Positions 1 to 12,879 of a stretch of 64,000 nucleotides of DNA are shown here, piece by piece (position 1 is the first letter of the stretch; each line of letters starts with the position of its first letter). The notes beneath the pieces are model-generated. The model was not told the origin of the DNA. It ran no database searches and worked only from the letters and a program-made list of their open reading frames with translations. A program made the position numbers and the translations under genes. This stretch comes from Neoechinorhynchus agilis (lineage: Eukaryota > Animalia > Acanthocephala): contig CM121341.1 of NCBI GenBank assembly GCA_051530055.1, positions 5,806,784 to 5,870,783 of the forward strand, read 5' to 3'.

Positions 1-9
1 CCATAAGTT

Positions 10-200
10 TAAAACTTGCGGAATACCGACTTTGGCTATTCGAGAAGCACAGTTCCACAAGTTGATTATGATCTCTGAGATTTTTTGTATTTCCACCTTA
101 AATTTTTTATCAAAGTATTTTCCAAAAGATTAAAACTTGCGGAATACCGACTTTGGCTATTCGAGAAGCACAGTTCCATCAGTTGATTATGATCTTCTGA
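10..200. repeat. Two-copy direct repeat of ~70 bp, period 121 bp
   Basis: taaaacttgcggaataccgactttggctattcgagaagcacagttcca...gttgattatgatct occurs at 10 and again at 131. Confidence 0.9.
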
Positions 201-303
201 TTTTTATGCTCTCGTAAATAAAATATATGGACGTGTTCTTCACAAGCAAATTTTTGGCAAAGGCATAAGAATTTGTTTTTTTGGACGTCCTGACAAAAAA
301 GTT

Positions 304-961
304 TTATTTAATGTCGTTCAATTGATTAAAAGCTTCAATCACAATATCTTGAATGGCTTCAACGAGAGCGTTTATCTTCTCTTGTTCATTTAGTGATGGC
401 ACATGAATGAACAAACAGCGATTCTGATCCATACACAAGGACTTGTAATATGTATATCCACATAGAAACAATCCGGGATCTTTAGAAGACTTAAAAACGA
501 ACTCTGGTCTCTTCTCTTGTGCTATGCGGATTATTTTTTCGGTATCCAGTGTTGTTTCCATAGTCATATTAGTTTCGCATTTAGCACCCGATGGAGCCGT
601 GCAATTTAGTGGTGCATATCCCGATTCATCAGGGTAGATTGAACAGTTGAACAAAGAGTCGTCTTTCTTTGTTCAACTGTTCGTTTTGGTAGGCTTTTCT
701 TAGTGCGCATGATTCAACCAAAACTGATGAACTTCCTGCAACTCCCACATGAACAACCAGAGCAGGTTTGTGGGTTTCCCACAAACGTGGAACAACGTAA
801 TCTACCGTCCTGTAGTTTACGTCCAGCTTAACAACTTCAATATCGATGTTCGAAGGCCATGGGAGCGTAGGCAACAGTTTCACTGCTTCCCAACTTGTGT
901 TTTTGGTTATTGAATGAAAAGGACCGAACCCAGTTACTACGATTTTTGATTTAGAACTCAT
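304..961 (-). CDS. PGPEP1: Pyroglutamyl-peptidase I (peptidase C15); two exons separated by a ~49-nt hairpin insert
   Basis: VVTGFGPF, N-x-SWEAV, LVVHVGV, catalytic E (VESC), DPGLFLCGYTYYKSL (catalytic C) and FIHVP (catalytic H) motifs, split over ORFs 629-961 and 304-654. Confidence 0.92.
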
Positions 962-1631
962 ATTCCAACAACTACCAATGAAATTGATGACTTTGCCTTT
1001 TCGTTAGTCTTTGCTGAGTGATTGTGTAACACAACTGTAAGACTCACTATGCGAGAATGTTGAGAGATCTCTAGCGAAAGAACAGCTTCGGATTCCAATA
1101 AACTTCTGATTGGTCAGGATCGATGCTGTAGTCTGAATACCTCATAATTCTCCTACTGTTTGATATTCTTTTTCTTAGCAACAAAGCAATTCAAAGTTGA
1201 ATACAATGCCTGATGTTGAGAGACGTAAGATGCCAGAATAAATAATTAATTTTTGAATCCAAGGTTTTTTGATTAAGAAGAAGAAAGGATTCCAAATGAG
1301 GTGTAGTGATCTAAATCCATTTTTTAATACTAATAAAGACGGATAAATGACCGATGAACTTTCCTTTCACATTGACAATTCTTAAATCGTTTAGGTAAAC
1401 GTCGCTTAGACAAAGAACTAATTGCCCTCGTTAACGTTTTTAAAAACACAAAGTCCGATTTATGATGTATCTCAATCAACTAATTGCAAAATCAAAAGAT
1501 TTTAATCAATTTCTTGCAATATATCAACCTAATTTTTATGTTAATGTACCAGGTTCTTCGTCGATCATGAAAATAAAGGACCGTAAACAAGTTTTTTCGT
1601 TCGACAAATAAGAAATTGTAGAATTTAATAA

Positions 1632-3727
1632 TCAGTCATGTTTGCGTTTTACTTCTGTAAAGAACTCCTTGATCGAGCGCTGGCCGATTTCAACAGCTTT
1701 TCTTTTTCTTTGTATTTCCTTATTTGAACGCTTAGACGTATTAGCACTTTGAAATGCTTTGTGTTGTTTAACTTTGAGAGCCGTAGATTTCTTTATTAAA
1801 GGTCTGTTGGTTCTATTTGTCCAACTCAACACTCCCAGTTGCATCTTAGTGCTTTGTATAGAAGGACAAATCTCTTCGTCCTCTTGTGCAGCATCACTGC
1901 TTAATTTTACGATTATTGGCGATTTGTAGTACAATCGAGCCTTGGCGTTTGCGACCGGCGTCTTACTCGTAATCTGGCTTAAACAGGTTTCAACTGAGCA
2001 TTCACTCTGCAAGAGTGCAAGTCTCTGTGTCGTTGCGTTAAATGTTCGTTGGATTTTAATAGTCTCATCAGTTCCGTGGAAATGACTGCAGCATTCATCA
2101 ATTTCGTTTTGAAGAATTGATATCACTGAGTTTAGTTGATCAGGAAATATGTTCTCGAAACACTTCATTAATCGACATTTTGCCACCTCGCTGCAATACA
2201 ACGATGTTATTTTGACTAAAAAGTTAAATCTCGTAAACTCACATCGATTTTTCGTACAAGCACAACTGGAGATCGTCCATAACTTTCAAGAAATTAGTCA
2301 ATCCCTTTCGGCAGTGTTCACTCATCAGCGAACAAAAGTCAATTCCTTCTTTTTCGATCTTGATCTTCAAACTTTTGACGAAGTCGGCAGAGTGAACAAG
2401 GGAAATTATAAGCTGAGAAAAAATGGTTAAAAGGTTCTAAACCGTAATTTAACTCCAAACCTGATATATAGATACTTTTATAGATTTTGCCGTGTATTTC
2501 AATGTTGTAAACAAATATCGATCTATTCCTCGATCAGGAACATTTATATTACACATCCGTCATTGTCAAAGAATGTGAAAAATACATTAAATTTTTTTGA
2601 TTCACTGCATAAAATTCAACAAAATTTATGATCAGCCATTTTAAAGTTTTTCTGCTAAAATTTTTTGATTTTTGGAGAGTGTAGATGGAATATTTTATAT
2701 CGTTGGTCAAAAGTTTAATAAGGCTTATGAACTATAAATCATACGGTCTAAGAAAATTTGAATTCAGGATGGTGATTGAAGCTTGTTTCCTTTTTTTTTG
2801 AAATCTGTATTTTTCGGTCATTTTGATGAATTAGTGTTGGCTGATTTGAGTATTGAAAGTGGTACGAAGATGAAAATTTAAAGCGTCTCAAAGGAAACAA
2901 TGACATTTGTACAAATATCCACAAAAAATTGCTGATATAGGTGTCGATTCAGAACCAAGCCAAGAGAGAGACTTTTTTTAAAATGTGAGAATCGAACAGA
3001 AAATCACTCGATTGTTAAAATAAGAAACACATTGTTTTAGATTATTTGCAAAGTTCACAAAAAAACCTGATTTTGTTCAAGCGCGAATTCCGCTACTCCT
3101 TGTGTTTTGTGGACGAAAATAGAAATTTTGAGATTCCAAGGAGAAAAAGAGCGTTCCACTCCGAGTAAACGAATGTGATAAACAAAATGCGATAGCAAGC
3201 TGGTTGCTCGTGTTGAACATGAGTTGCATATAAGCGACGATTGCGTCGAATATCTCATTGTTACAGTTCAAAGAATCAATTAAATCAAGTTGTACGTGGA
3301 AATTTGTGTGACCTTGTTGAACCATTTTGTCCAAAAATATTTTCTAAAGAGCTTAATTTCGGCGAAATCGGGACATTACACTTGAAAATACCGTGAACGG
3401 ATCGACATTTGGGGGCATTCTGTTAATTTTGATGGCAACATCGTATTTTCTGGACACATCCACGACATCTAAACAGCTTGCAAGTTTCTTAAATTTCTCA
3501 TACTCCTTAATGAGATCGTCTCCTTTAGATTGATCTTGATTGACGTATTTTCGGAAGGCATCAATGATGGTCTCTTCGGATTTGTTCTCATCGCAGTTCA
3601 TCGTTCTCAAGCAAACGAATAAAGCCTCAACCGTTTGTCTAAGTCCCATTATTGATATATGAGGAGTATGGATGATATGATCGATTAAGTAATTCTTAAA
3701 CATCCCATGGACTATTCGGTTTGTCAT
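1632..3727 (-). CDS. Multi-exon gene of unknown function
   Basis: ORFs 3353-3727, 3077-3334 and 1632-2201 plus intervening exons can be joined by short GT-AG introns (e.g. gtaatg...ctttag 36 nt; gtgagt...ttgcag). No family recognised; the middle exons were not fully traced. Confidence 0.5.
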
Positions 3728-4069
3728 TTACCTCTTAGCCAGATTTTCTCACTTAAAACAATGCTTTGAGTAAGCTAACACCGACAATGCAAGAAGACGG
3801 GCGTCGTGACTGAGCAGCGAGATTAGCTTTATCAGTAGGGAATAAACAGCGGCTTACGCGCCAAATCGTTGGTTTAATATGGTGGTTATACGTTGTGGAT
3901 TAGTGGAAGCAAATTAGTGATGAAATCAATACAAAAAAAAGAGTTTTATATCGTGCTAAATCTTCTTTTCGTAAACAGAAACGTTTTCGGAGCAATAGAA
4001 GTAATTATCAATGGCGAATTGTAACACATTCGAGTTTTATTGAAGTCTTCATTGCGAATCTTCAAGGCT

Positions 4070-4895
4070 TCAACCTCCTTCTCGAGCATTATTTGCAAGT
4101 TTTTTCAGCAAGGAAACTAAGGCCTTGAAAATCCGCATGGTTGACTTCAATGAAACTACTCTTTTAAGATTGAATCTTTCATCTTTGTTTCTAAAATCAC
4201 ATCGATAAAGGCGTACAAGATTGTAGCTCCAAAAACAATCGCATTTAACCAAAATCCCTTTTAATTTTTATGTGATAAACAAACAATAGAGGTAATCATC
4301 GATAGAAAGTCCTTCGGGATAATAAAATTACACTTTCGTTGAGAATAATCCCGGTCATTACATATTTTATTTTAAATAAAATATGTAATGACCGGGATTA
4401 TTCTCACCGAAAGTGTAATAGAGGTAATGTTATTCGCTCGCTTAAAATACTCAATGAAGATATCGGCGATAATCTCGATGGACAAGTCCCAATGAAATCG
4501 CTGCCCTCGAAATTGGACGATTTAATTAATGTAAATTCAAATGAAATGTGAAAAATAAGTTTTTCAACGTTGTAACATTCTTTGAAAAGATCCCGAAATG
4601 TTTCTTAAGCGTTTTATCCCGAATTATCAGACATTTCATATCGAGAAATGAGGAGTTGAAAGATATTGTTTTTTGTAGATCTACGACAATTGCTCAATTC
4701 GGAAAGACTAGTTAAGACTTGCAGGGTTGGGAAAGTAAGACTTTTTTCATCCTGTATTAGATTTCGGATCCGAATGAAGCAGTTTTGTATCTCAACTGCA
4801 GCGAGGGAGCTTTGTGAACTAGCGTTTATGAATTTATACAATTTCTCTATTCCTTCGACCTTTTGATAAAGTTCTAAATTGTCATCAATAGTCAA
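4070..4895 (-). CDS. Probable multi-exon gene of unknown function; exon structure unresolved
   Basis: Coding-like ORFs 4614-4895 and 4070-4252 and an open frame between them; interrupted by the 4327-4419 palindrome. Confidence 0.3.
4327..4419. mobile_element. 93-bp near-perfect palindrome (MITE/foldback-like)
   Basis: Arms 4327-4372 and 4374-4419, 46 bp each, one mismatch; motif gagaataatcccggtcat resembles the outer arms of the 44110-44410 element. Confidence 0.8.
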
Positions 4896-5281
4896 ATCTT
4901 AGAGAACTTCATCTAGATCGTCACTTTTAATCTTTATGTAATCGCCCAATCGTCTCTCGGATATCAGAACTTGAAATGAACCCCCGAGGAAAGACCCAAC
5001 CTCACAAGCGTTCTTGCAAACAATAACCACCAATTCGCCCACCAGAAGGAAATGGGGACTCAAAGGTAAAAGGGTCTAATTTTTATACACAAAAATTAAT
5101 AAAAGGTGTTATTGTTTATTATAAGAAGATGATTAATGGTTATTGGCCATTTACACGGCATTAAGAGATTTGACTGGCAGCGACAAGTGTTCGATATCTT
5201 TAGCAAGCTCGAAAGTTCCCTAGTGCTGTTAGCGCCCCCCGTCCTCGAGTGACAAAGTCTTTTCGAGCAAAGAAGACGGGA

Positions 5282-6602
5282 CTACAGAGTGTTAAGAATT
5301 GAAACTAAGAATTTTAATTCCTCTCTGTACATTGAACATGTCGAAGTTAGTGCATGAAACCAAAATACAACGGACCAAATCCATACTCTGGCCAAGATAT
5401 TTTTTAAAATCAATGCAGTTGGCACTACTCCGTTTATACGTTTTCGGCCGACTGCAATTTCGAGCAATCCTCCGGCTAACATGAACCCGAACATGAACAT
5501 GTGGATATACATTGGTAACGTAATTATCCTCCATTTTGTATAATTCGAAGTTACCATAAAAGACTTAATCCGTTTCATTGCCTTCAACTTTGTATTTACC
5601 AGTATTAGCGAAATTGTGAAACTGCAAAAGGAGAATGTGGCACATATAAAGCAAATGACTGCAGCATTCGAAATGAGTATTCGTCGACTGGCCATCTGAT
5701 GACATGCGATAATGGTTTGTTTAATTGATTGGTTCATTAAAAGGTCAACATTGAGTTCACTTGATGTATAGATTGCAATGGCATACGAATGGAGCAGACC
5801 GTTTATGATAATTACGGTCGAACATACCTTTAAAGAGTGTTTTTCTAATATTTGTCGAATTTTGGTAAGCTTGCTAATGGTCATTAATCTCGAGAAGGTT
5901 AGCAAGAAGGACAATGAAGCACATGAGATGTAAGATGTCTGATCAATGTACACAGTTATCTTGCAGAAAACGTTAGAAAGTAAACGGTACTTTGCCGGTA
6001 CTGTATGCCGATAGATCAACGAAGCTGTTGTATTTACTAAAATGAGCTACTTTTCTACGACAAGTAATGAGGTACCTATTCAAAATTCAATAAATATACA
6101 ATTTAGTAAATAATCCGAATAGTCTGGGGTAGAGACGTATGGAGCGCTCGGCACTCAGGATCTCTCGAAGAAATTGAGAGAAACGACCGGAGACTCAAGA
6201 GCAGGCGTATTCCTTCGACAAAATATCTCCCTCGCAGTACAACGGGGCAATGCTGCCAGGACAAAAGCTGGAATTCGGCGGGAGGTGGTGGGTGTGTTAA
6301 TTGTCGAGAAATGAAGATTGATTGAATACATCTTAAAAAAAAGTTAGGGAAACGCAAGTGGATGCAAACTTTGAAAGGCAGTAGAAGAACGAAGCTCATT
6401 TAGTGGTATTGATCAAGGCTAGATTTATGATGACCGCAATAATTCTTAAGTATAGTGAGAAGTAGTATCGTCGTAGTTTCGGTGACCGGAGGATCCAAAA
6501 GGAAGTTGTGTTTGCGTAGATTGCCATTAAACTGATGATTGGATTCAGAGCGTAAATATCGACTAGAAGCAAGTGATGAACCCATGTTGATGAAGGTTTC
6601 AT
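5282..6602 (-). CDS. Rhodopsin-like 7TM receptor (orphan GPCR); two exons
   Basis: TM1-TM2 in ORF 6396-6602 (N..SFWILRS.KLRR...SLYLRIIAV); TM3 with Cys and a DRY-equivalent (CKITVY...TFSRLMTI) and further hydrophobic helices in ORF 5282-6019. Confidence 0.65.
6140..6330 (+). mobile_element. Fragment of the 3' end of a CRE-like RLE non-LTR retrotransposon, inside the GPCR intron
   Basis: Translates DLSKKLRETTGDSRAGVFLRQNISLAVQRGNAA, matching the C-terminal motif of the 43622-43921 ORF; closely similar copy at 51150-51460. Confidence 0.75.
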
Positions 6603-7933
6603 TTTCTTTGTGAACTCAAATCCGATAATCAGAAACGGCTGCGTTTCAAATGTATCCGTTACTCGGAAATAGTTCTGTTGTAGTCACTTAGTAAAAAGTG
6701 TAGATAAGTTGACTTTAACACTGAATGAGGGAATACACAATGATCCATGTATAGAATTTCAAACCTGTCATCAACAATTCTCCCAATGAACTTTGTTTTT
6801 CGCTGCAAAGCGAAGAATCCGTGATGCATTCTGGACTATACGATTGCGGTTTATGTCAACCAGCCATCAGAATTAGCTTTTCATGTGTATCGAACCAATC
6901 TTATAGCAATTTACGTACCATAATTTTGTCAGCCTGCTTTCAAAGAGAAGTTTCTCTGCGTTAGGTAAACATTTTCAAACTTAATGCTTAAATATCTTAT
7001 TTAAATGCTGAACTAACGAAAACAGAGTGTCAACGCGTTTCAACCCAGACGATTTTATTTCCGGGACCTTCTCAAATTGGCGCACTCAAATCGCTTCCTG
7101 CAATGATGGAGCGTCGGCAGGTTTTTAAATCAGGTCAATTTGATTCATTTGAATTTTTTACGTGTCTCAAACTGACATTTTCAACTCTAGGCTAAAGGAA
7201 CTCATTTTTGTATAAGTTTTATAAAATAGGTTGTAGTCAAGACTTAATGAACTCCATAAACGAGAAGTGTGGTGACTTCATTAACTCCATGCATTTGTTC
7301 AAGTCAGAATTTTCATTTTGGTCGACTGCTTCAATGAGGTTTTGGGCTTATCAGCTTTGTGTTATATCCTTTAGTTTCTTCAATTGAATTAGACTAAAAA
7401 CATTTTGATGCCGTTTGTGACCACTCATCAAATTGTGATTTTTAACAATAGTAGTCGCTAATTAAAATGCATTGTAGTATAAAAAACTGTTAACTTTTTA
7501 AGTCAAATGGACGAAGGTCATAATTAAATGAACGCTATTTTTTTTATCGATATCTGGATTTTGGCCCAACATTTTCGGTATCCAGAATATAAACGCAAAA
7601 CCCTATAATCGATTATGTTCAAATCGAGAGTTTTGAAGTTATCTTTTATAAAAGAATACGGCGAGCAAACTAGGATTTAGTTAAGAATCAACTCAGCGTT
7701 TTAACGATATAAAATCAATATTTTTTTGGAGGATGTTGCAATTTGACAGCGGCTGATATAACTGGTAATAACAGATTAGCGACGTAAAAGCGATTACTGA
7801 ATTAATGACCGTAATTATTAGTCAAAAATTAGAAATGCGGAGAAATTCTTGTTTGGAAATTCATGCAATATGACAGTGTAACTTTGAGATGATTTTGAAG
7901 GTATTAACGATCTGGTCTAATGAGTATCCGTGA

Positions 7934-9520
7934 TCAGTTTTGTGGAACTGGTGCCGGTGTTGTGAATTTCTCAGGATCGATTGCTTCCCTGTTTTCGTAA
8001 AAACTCAAAGCTTGGTCATGGCTGAGTCTTGTATTGGAATCTATATATGTGAATATGAGAATAGAAGGAATTTTAGCAGAACCAACCAATGAATTCAACT
8101 TTTCCACCGGCTGGCAAGACGACAGTACTCGCTGATAAGACAATAGTGAGTTCTTTGCTGAGCTTCTCGGTTATGGTTTCAATGCAAGTCTCACATGTTA
8201 GATCAATAAACATTCGGAGGTGCATTTTGTACTCGGTAGGGCTGTCGGGATTAATGACTTCTGAAATGAAAATAAGTTATACAATAAGAATACGGGGCGC
8301 TGACCATAGCTGTCGAACTCGACATAAACAGGATCCTGGTCACTCGAATATTCGGATCCTTGAGAAAGGGCGAGCGTAATTGCATCGTTATTGAATTCAT
8401 CTTGTTCGAGTGTATCCAAATTATTGTAGGAATTCTCAACGCTTTTAAAAGAATTATATCCTAGCATTTAATTGAGAATCTCTACTTTATCCCCCAATGC
8501 CAGTGTTCCGTCATCCGTGTAAGTTACTATGACTTCGTACACTTTAAAATGAATTAACAAAATAAGGATAAAAGAAGACATCACTCCTTACATATTCCGT
8601 ACTCTTGTTCCCATGGATCATCATCCTCTAATATATCGTCGAATGCGTCGTCATATACATAATTATCATCGATAAGTTAGGAAAAAGCAGTATAAGATTT
8701 TCTTTAAAGTTTAAAAATACCTTCCAATATATCCGATTTAAGACTGTTTAGAACATCACGTTTTCCATCGTTGGTCAAAATCTCGATTTGAGCCAGAATT
8801 ACAATAAGATCCTCAAGGCGTTTTTCAGAGCAATCGCAAGGAAGCTTGTAGAATGCGCGGTAAATCACTTCAAATTGTTCTCTTTTATAGGCAGATAATA
8901 AAAAACTTGAAGCTTTATCTTATGATTTACCCTGGTAGCTCATTGACCATTTCTACTTGAACTCCATGAGGTCGGTGTATAGGTAAGACATTCAGAGCCA
9001 TCTCTTCTACTCGACCATTCATCTAATAGAAAAATGAAATTCAAAACGAAAGCCAGACCTGAATCGTCTTACCGCAAGTTCAAATATTTTATTTAGATCA
9101 CGAACTCGCGGTGACCCTCTTTTTTGAACATTTCGTATCGGTTCTTCGACGCGAAATTCCATCTTAATCGTAAATAAATACTGTAGCCTTTTAAGAATCC
9201 CGACTAACCTTTGGTTCATGATGGAAATCAAAGTTTCTTCGCAATCTTTGTCCGCCATTGACTCCTCCTTTTACTTCGTACAATGTTTTGGCTTTGGAAA
9301 CTTATAGGACTCGGTATTGATTTCTAACAAAGCAAATCGAACTTACATTGAGCTGCAACGAAAAAGCGTAATAAGCCATTAAAGTTTCTAAAAAGTGCTT
9401 ACCTTTTGCATCACCAGTTGGAGCAGAGGTCACGGCGTCCTTGTGAACAAGAGTAACGGTGAGCGCAACAATCAGAGAAATAATCGATGCCAATGCAATC
9501 AAACCGATAGCTCCAAACAT
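7934..9520 (-). CDS. Putative type II single-pass membrane protein; multi-exon, canonical introns
   Basis: N-terminal hydrophobic anchor (MFGAIGLIALASIISLIVALTVTLV); downstream exons join in frame through GT-AG introns (gtcagc...tttcag; gttggt...atatag). Confidence 0.45.
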
Positions 9521-9889
9521 GATAATCTTCGTGGCTCTAGTGATACGAACTCACAAAATCCCAAAACCTCTGCAGATACTAACGGCTTCATTTTTCGATT
9601 GGAGAAGTTTGTTCAACTCGAATGTGAGCGAAGTTCAATCTTTTCCCCCAAACTTTTGTACTACGTTAAGTGTGTCAAAACGCGAAATTATGAGTTTCGT
9701 TGTCCGTCTTTCGTTAAGCAGTTATATCACCTCTTACAAATGATTTTCCTACTACATTGATGTTCAACCTACATCCTTACAAGTCAATGGGTCTATGGCT
9801 GAATAGTATAGTTAACGTGAGTTTGTAAATGATTGTTATAACCAGTTGCGGTTACTCGTTGTTAGCCGAGTGCTTTTGGGTGTTGTTCG

Positions 9890-10003
9890 CAATTGAGATC
9901 AAATGTTGAGACGATGGAGGAACTCGTGGCGGAGGTCCGTAGCGTTTTTGACGTGCAAATCAATCGTCAGATTTGGGTATAGAAGCGAACGACTAATCAA
10001 ACA

Positions 10004-10034
<31 letters not shown>

Positions 10035-11400
10035 CCAGGAAAGCTGCATAAGACAGTTTTATCTGATAAAGCGAACGGACATTGAGGACGAATTATCCTC
10101 CATCTATTCTCAAACTTTAAATGGGTAATAAGCTCCGCCATTTCTTTAAGGACCTCTCCAGCTTCTGCTGAGTGTTGCCTTTAAAAATGCAACGCCACAA
10201 AATGGGTCATTTTTGGTAAGCAGAACTGCCGATGTGGTGTGAACCAAACGTTGAGCTACAATGCCGGGAGTGCCGCTTGTGAGATACCATGAAAGGTGCT
10301 AGTCGATATTGACAGCAGGATGGTGGCAGCAGAAATAGGAATCTGCCAAGAATCGCGAGTGATGGATTAAGAGAGGAATCGTGGGCGAATCGAAGATTTG
10401 AGTTGGGATGAGTGAATGATAGAAATGAGTTTAGGGTTGGGACTTTGCATGGATCAGCTACGATTGGTCTGGTCGATCTATGGCGATTTTGAGTAGGAGT
10501 AGAAAGATAATTATTTACTTGATTCGGGCGAAGGAGAGTATTTAATGTGGAACGGCTGGCAGATTGACCTTTGTAGTTAATCGGAAACTGGGAAGTCCCT
10601 TGTTCTTCGATTTTTGGGACGGGGGAGATGTCCGCGGGGGTAAGATGAGTTCTGAGTTGAGTTAGGAGAGATGGTGGAAAGATTTTGTGATGAGTCTTAA
10701 TGTGGTTGGATACGAAAAAGAAATTGAGAAGTAACGAGTTTGTATCTCCTGTTAAGAAAGAGGCTACGACTGGTGAAATAAAAGTTACTTTGAGGAGACC
10801 TGATCTCGGGTTAAATGGGTTTTTGGATGGAATGCGAATAAATGTTGATGGGAGAGAGGAGTAGTGGAGTGAATGTCGGGGAAAAGGAGTTGACCGTTTT
10901 GAAGGATTTGGTGGCGGTTGTGTGCATGAGCTGCGACAGGATCTGTAAAAGGTACTCTTGGCTGATTTATATCCTTGAGGGAGGAGTGCATGATACGATG
11001 GGTCGAATTCAGAGCAACCGGGGTGGAGAAGGCGTAACAGAAATGAATCGGCGTTCAGATGGTTTGTCGACCTTTCGTTCAACCGTAGCTTTCTTAGTAG
11101 TTACTGAAGGTGAATCGCTTTCGGTTTTCCTACCGTTACCTTTCATCAGAGTCACAATATCATGCTCCTCCACAGTAATTTCAAGCTGAATATCCTCCTG
11201 AGGGTGCTACAAAGTCCCTAATAATCGTCGAAGCATTCGCAGTATTTTGCACACAATTCGTTTCCATCAAGTCTTCGTTTGAGTTTAGTATAATGATGGC
11301 ATCTACCAAATCTTCAAGTTGTTTCTGAGAATTTCCCTTTGAAGCCTTTTTCAGTAACTCGTTCCAATCACTTCTTTATTACAATATCGCCGATTCTCGT
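9890..11400 (-). mobile_element. Degenerate LINE-like remnant (ORF1 and endonuclease-like region)
   Basis: C/T-rich sense strand with broken frames; weak APE-like pieces (CGVAFLK, GNQLLDCLIS); compositionally distinct from neighbouring genes. Confidence 0.35.
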
Positions 11401-11618
11401 TCGCTTTTGATTGATTTGTTGACAGGGTAGACGTTGATGAGCGAGAGAGAGAGAGTGGCCGACGAGATAGGAGAGATGACGACGGGTGGAGTGACTACGA
11501 GATTACAATATGTAAAATTACACAAAAGACCGATGGTTTATGAGCTCTAAGCGGCTTACTTTTGCAAGTATAATCAAGCGCAGTCCTCTCAATCCCTCCT
11601 CGATTAAAATTATTTATT

Positions 11619-12879
11619 TCAGAGTTGTTTGAGGCGAAGAAAATACGTAAGTTCCGTCTCATTTCCCATTGAATACTGAGTACTGCCTTTGAACTTTATC
11701 ACAGTTTTTAGATGAGTATCACGTATAAGAAGAAGACCTAATGCACTTCTACCGATTGATTTAAGTGTAAAACCGGCAAAATTATCGACGTTACGGAAAT
11801 CGATTTGATAGCTGGATTTAACGTTGTCAAGCAAAATGATGGACATGTTTGGAATACCAGCGAAGATTCCCCTTTGAAAGGATCGTATTCGATTGTAGCT
11901 TAAATCAAGGAAGGAAAGTTTTGTCATATTCTGAAAAGCATCTTGAGAAACGTATTTAATGTTGTTAAATCGCATAGAGAGGAAAGTAAGAGAAGTCCAG
12001 TTTTGAAGGTCAGTATCTTTAATTGATAGGATATTGTTGTAAGCCAATGAAAGGATCGTGACTTGTCGATCAGTGATTGCGTTTCCTGATGGCACGTGAA
12101 ACATAGAACTGTTCTTTAAATTCAAATTGTAGAGTGAAGGTAAGTGCGAGAGCTTGTCAAGGATGTCGGGCAATCGCTGTCGCTTCGACATACTAAGCGT
12201 TGTAAGATTTTTGAGAGTGTTACTGTCGATATCAATGTGCACCATTGGATTGTTAGCTAAATAAAGCTTTTCAAGATTTTGAAAACAAAACCGATCATTT
12301 ATCGTTATTGTGCGTAGCCCAGCCGAATTTAACTTCAACGTTTTGAGGTTACACAACCCCATAAAAGGCTGTAATTCATTTTTAAAATATCACTTAAATT
12401 TCTCGCTTTTGCTTTAAGTTTCCACATTGTGAGAAATATAAGATGTGCAGATCGGAAATCAACAAATTTTCACTTAAATCCAAATGCTCGAGATACTTAA
12501 ACCCGTTGAAGGCATTTAGATCGATAAAGAGCGAGTCGCTCATTGATCGAAAGGCAAACGATTTTACACTTTTAAAGTGTTGCATCCACGATTTCGAAAT
12601 ATGGTTTGTCGACTTTGAAATAATAACGTTTTTTAAGTTTGGGAAAACCTCAGAGACGTTGTACTCAATCATGTCCAAAGCTCTCCAATTGACGATTTCG
12701 ACATTGATAATATCTGGTCGGTCTTTTGTTGCCAAAATCTCTTCCACAATAGTGTTGTCATTGCTTCCAATAGCATAGCAATCGATTAACAGATTTGTTC
12801 CAAACGACACGGAAACATGGCAACTCTTGATAAGCCAATAGAGATTACCGAGTAAGTAAATACTTGAAACGAGCTGCAT
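11619..12879 (-). CDS. Secreted or cell-surface leucine-rich repeat protein; two exons
   Basis: Signal-peptide-like N-terminus and repeated LxxLxLxxNxIxxI units; in-frame canonical intron gtggaa...ttacag between ORFs 12394-12879 and 11619-12362. Confidence 0.85.

Noticed and set aside
3334-3400. Hairpin intron between ORFs 3353-3727 and 3077-3334
   Set aside because: A clean 36-nt GTAATG...TTTAG intron restores the frame, and the pairing is weak.
12362-12460. atttctc/gagaaat pairing at the LRR gene intron
   Set aside because: An in-phase GT-AG intron explains the junction and one arm lies in the exon.
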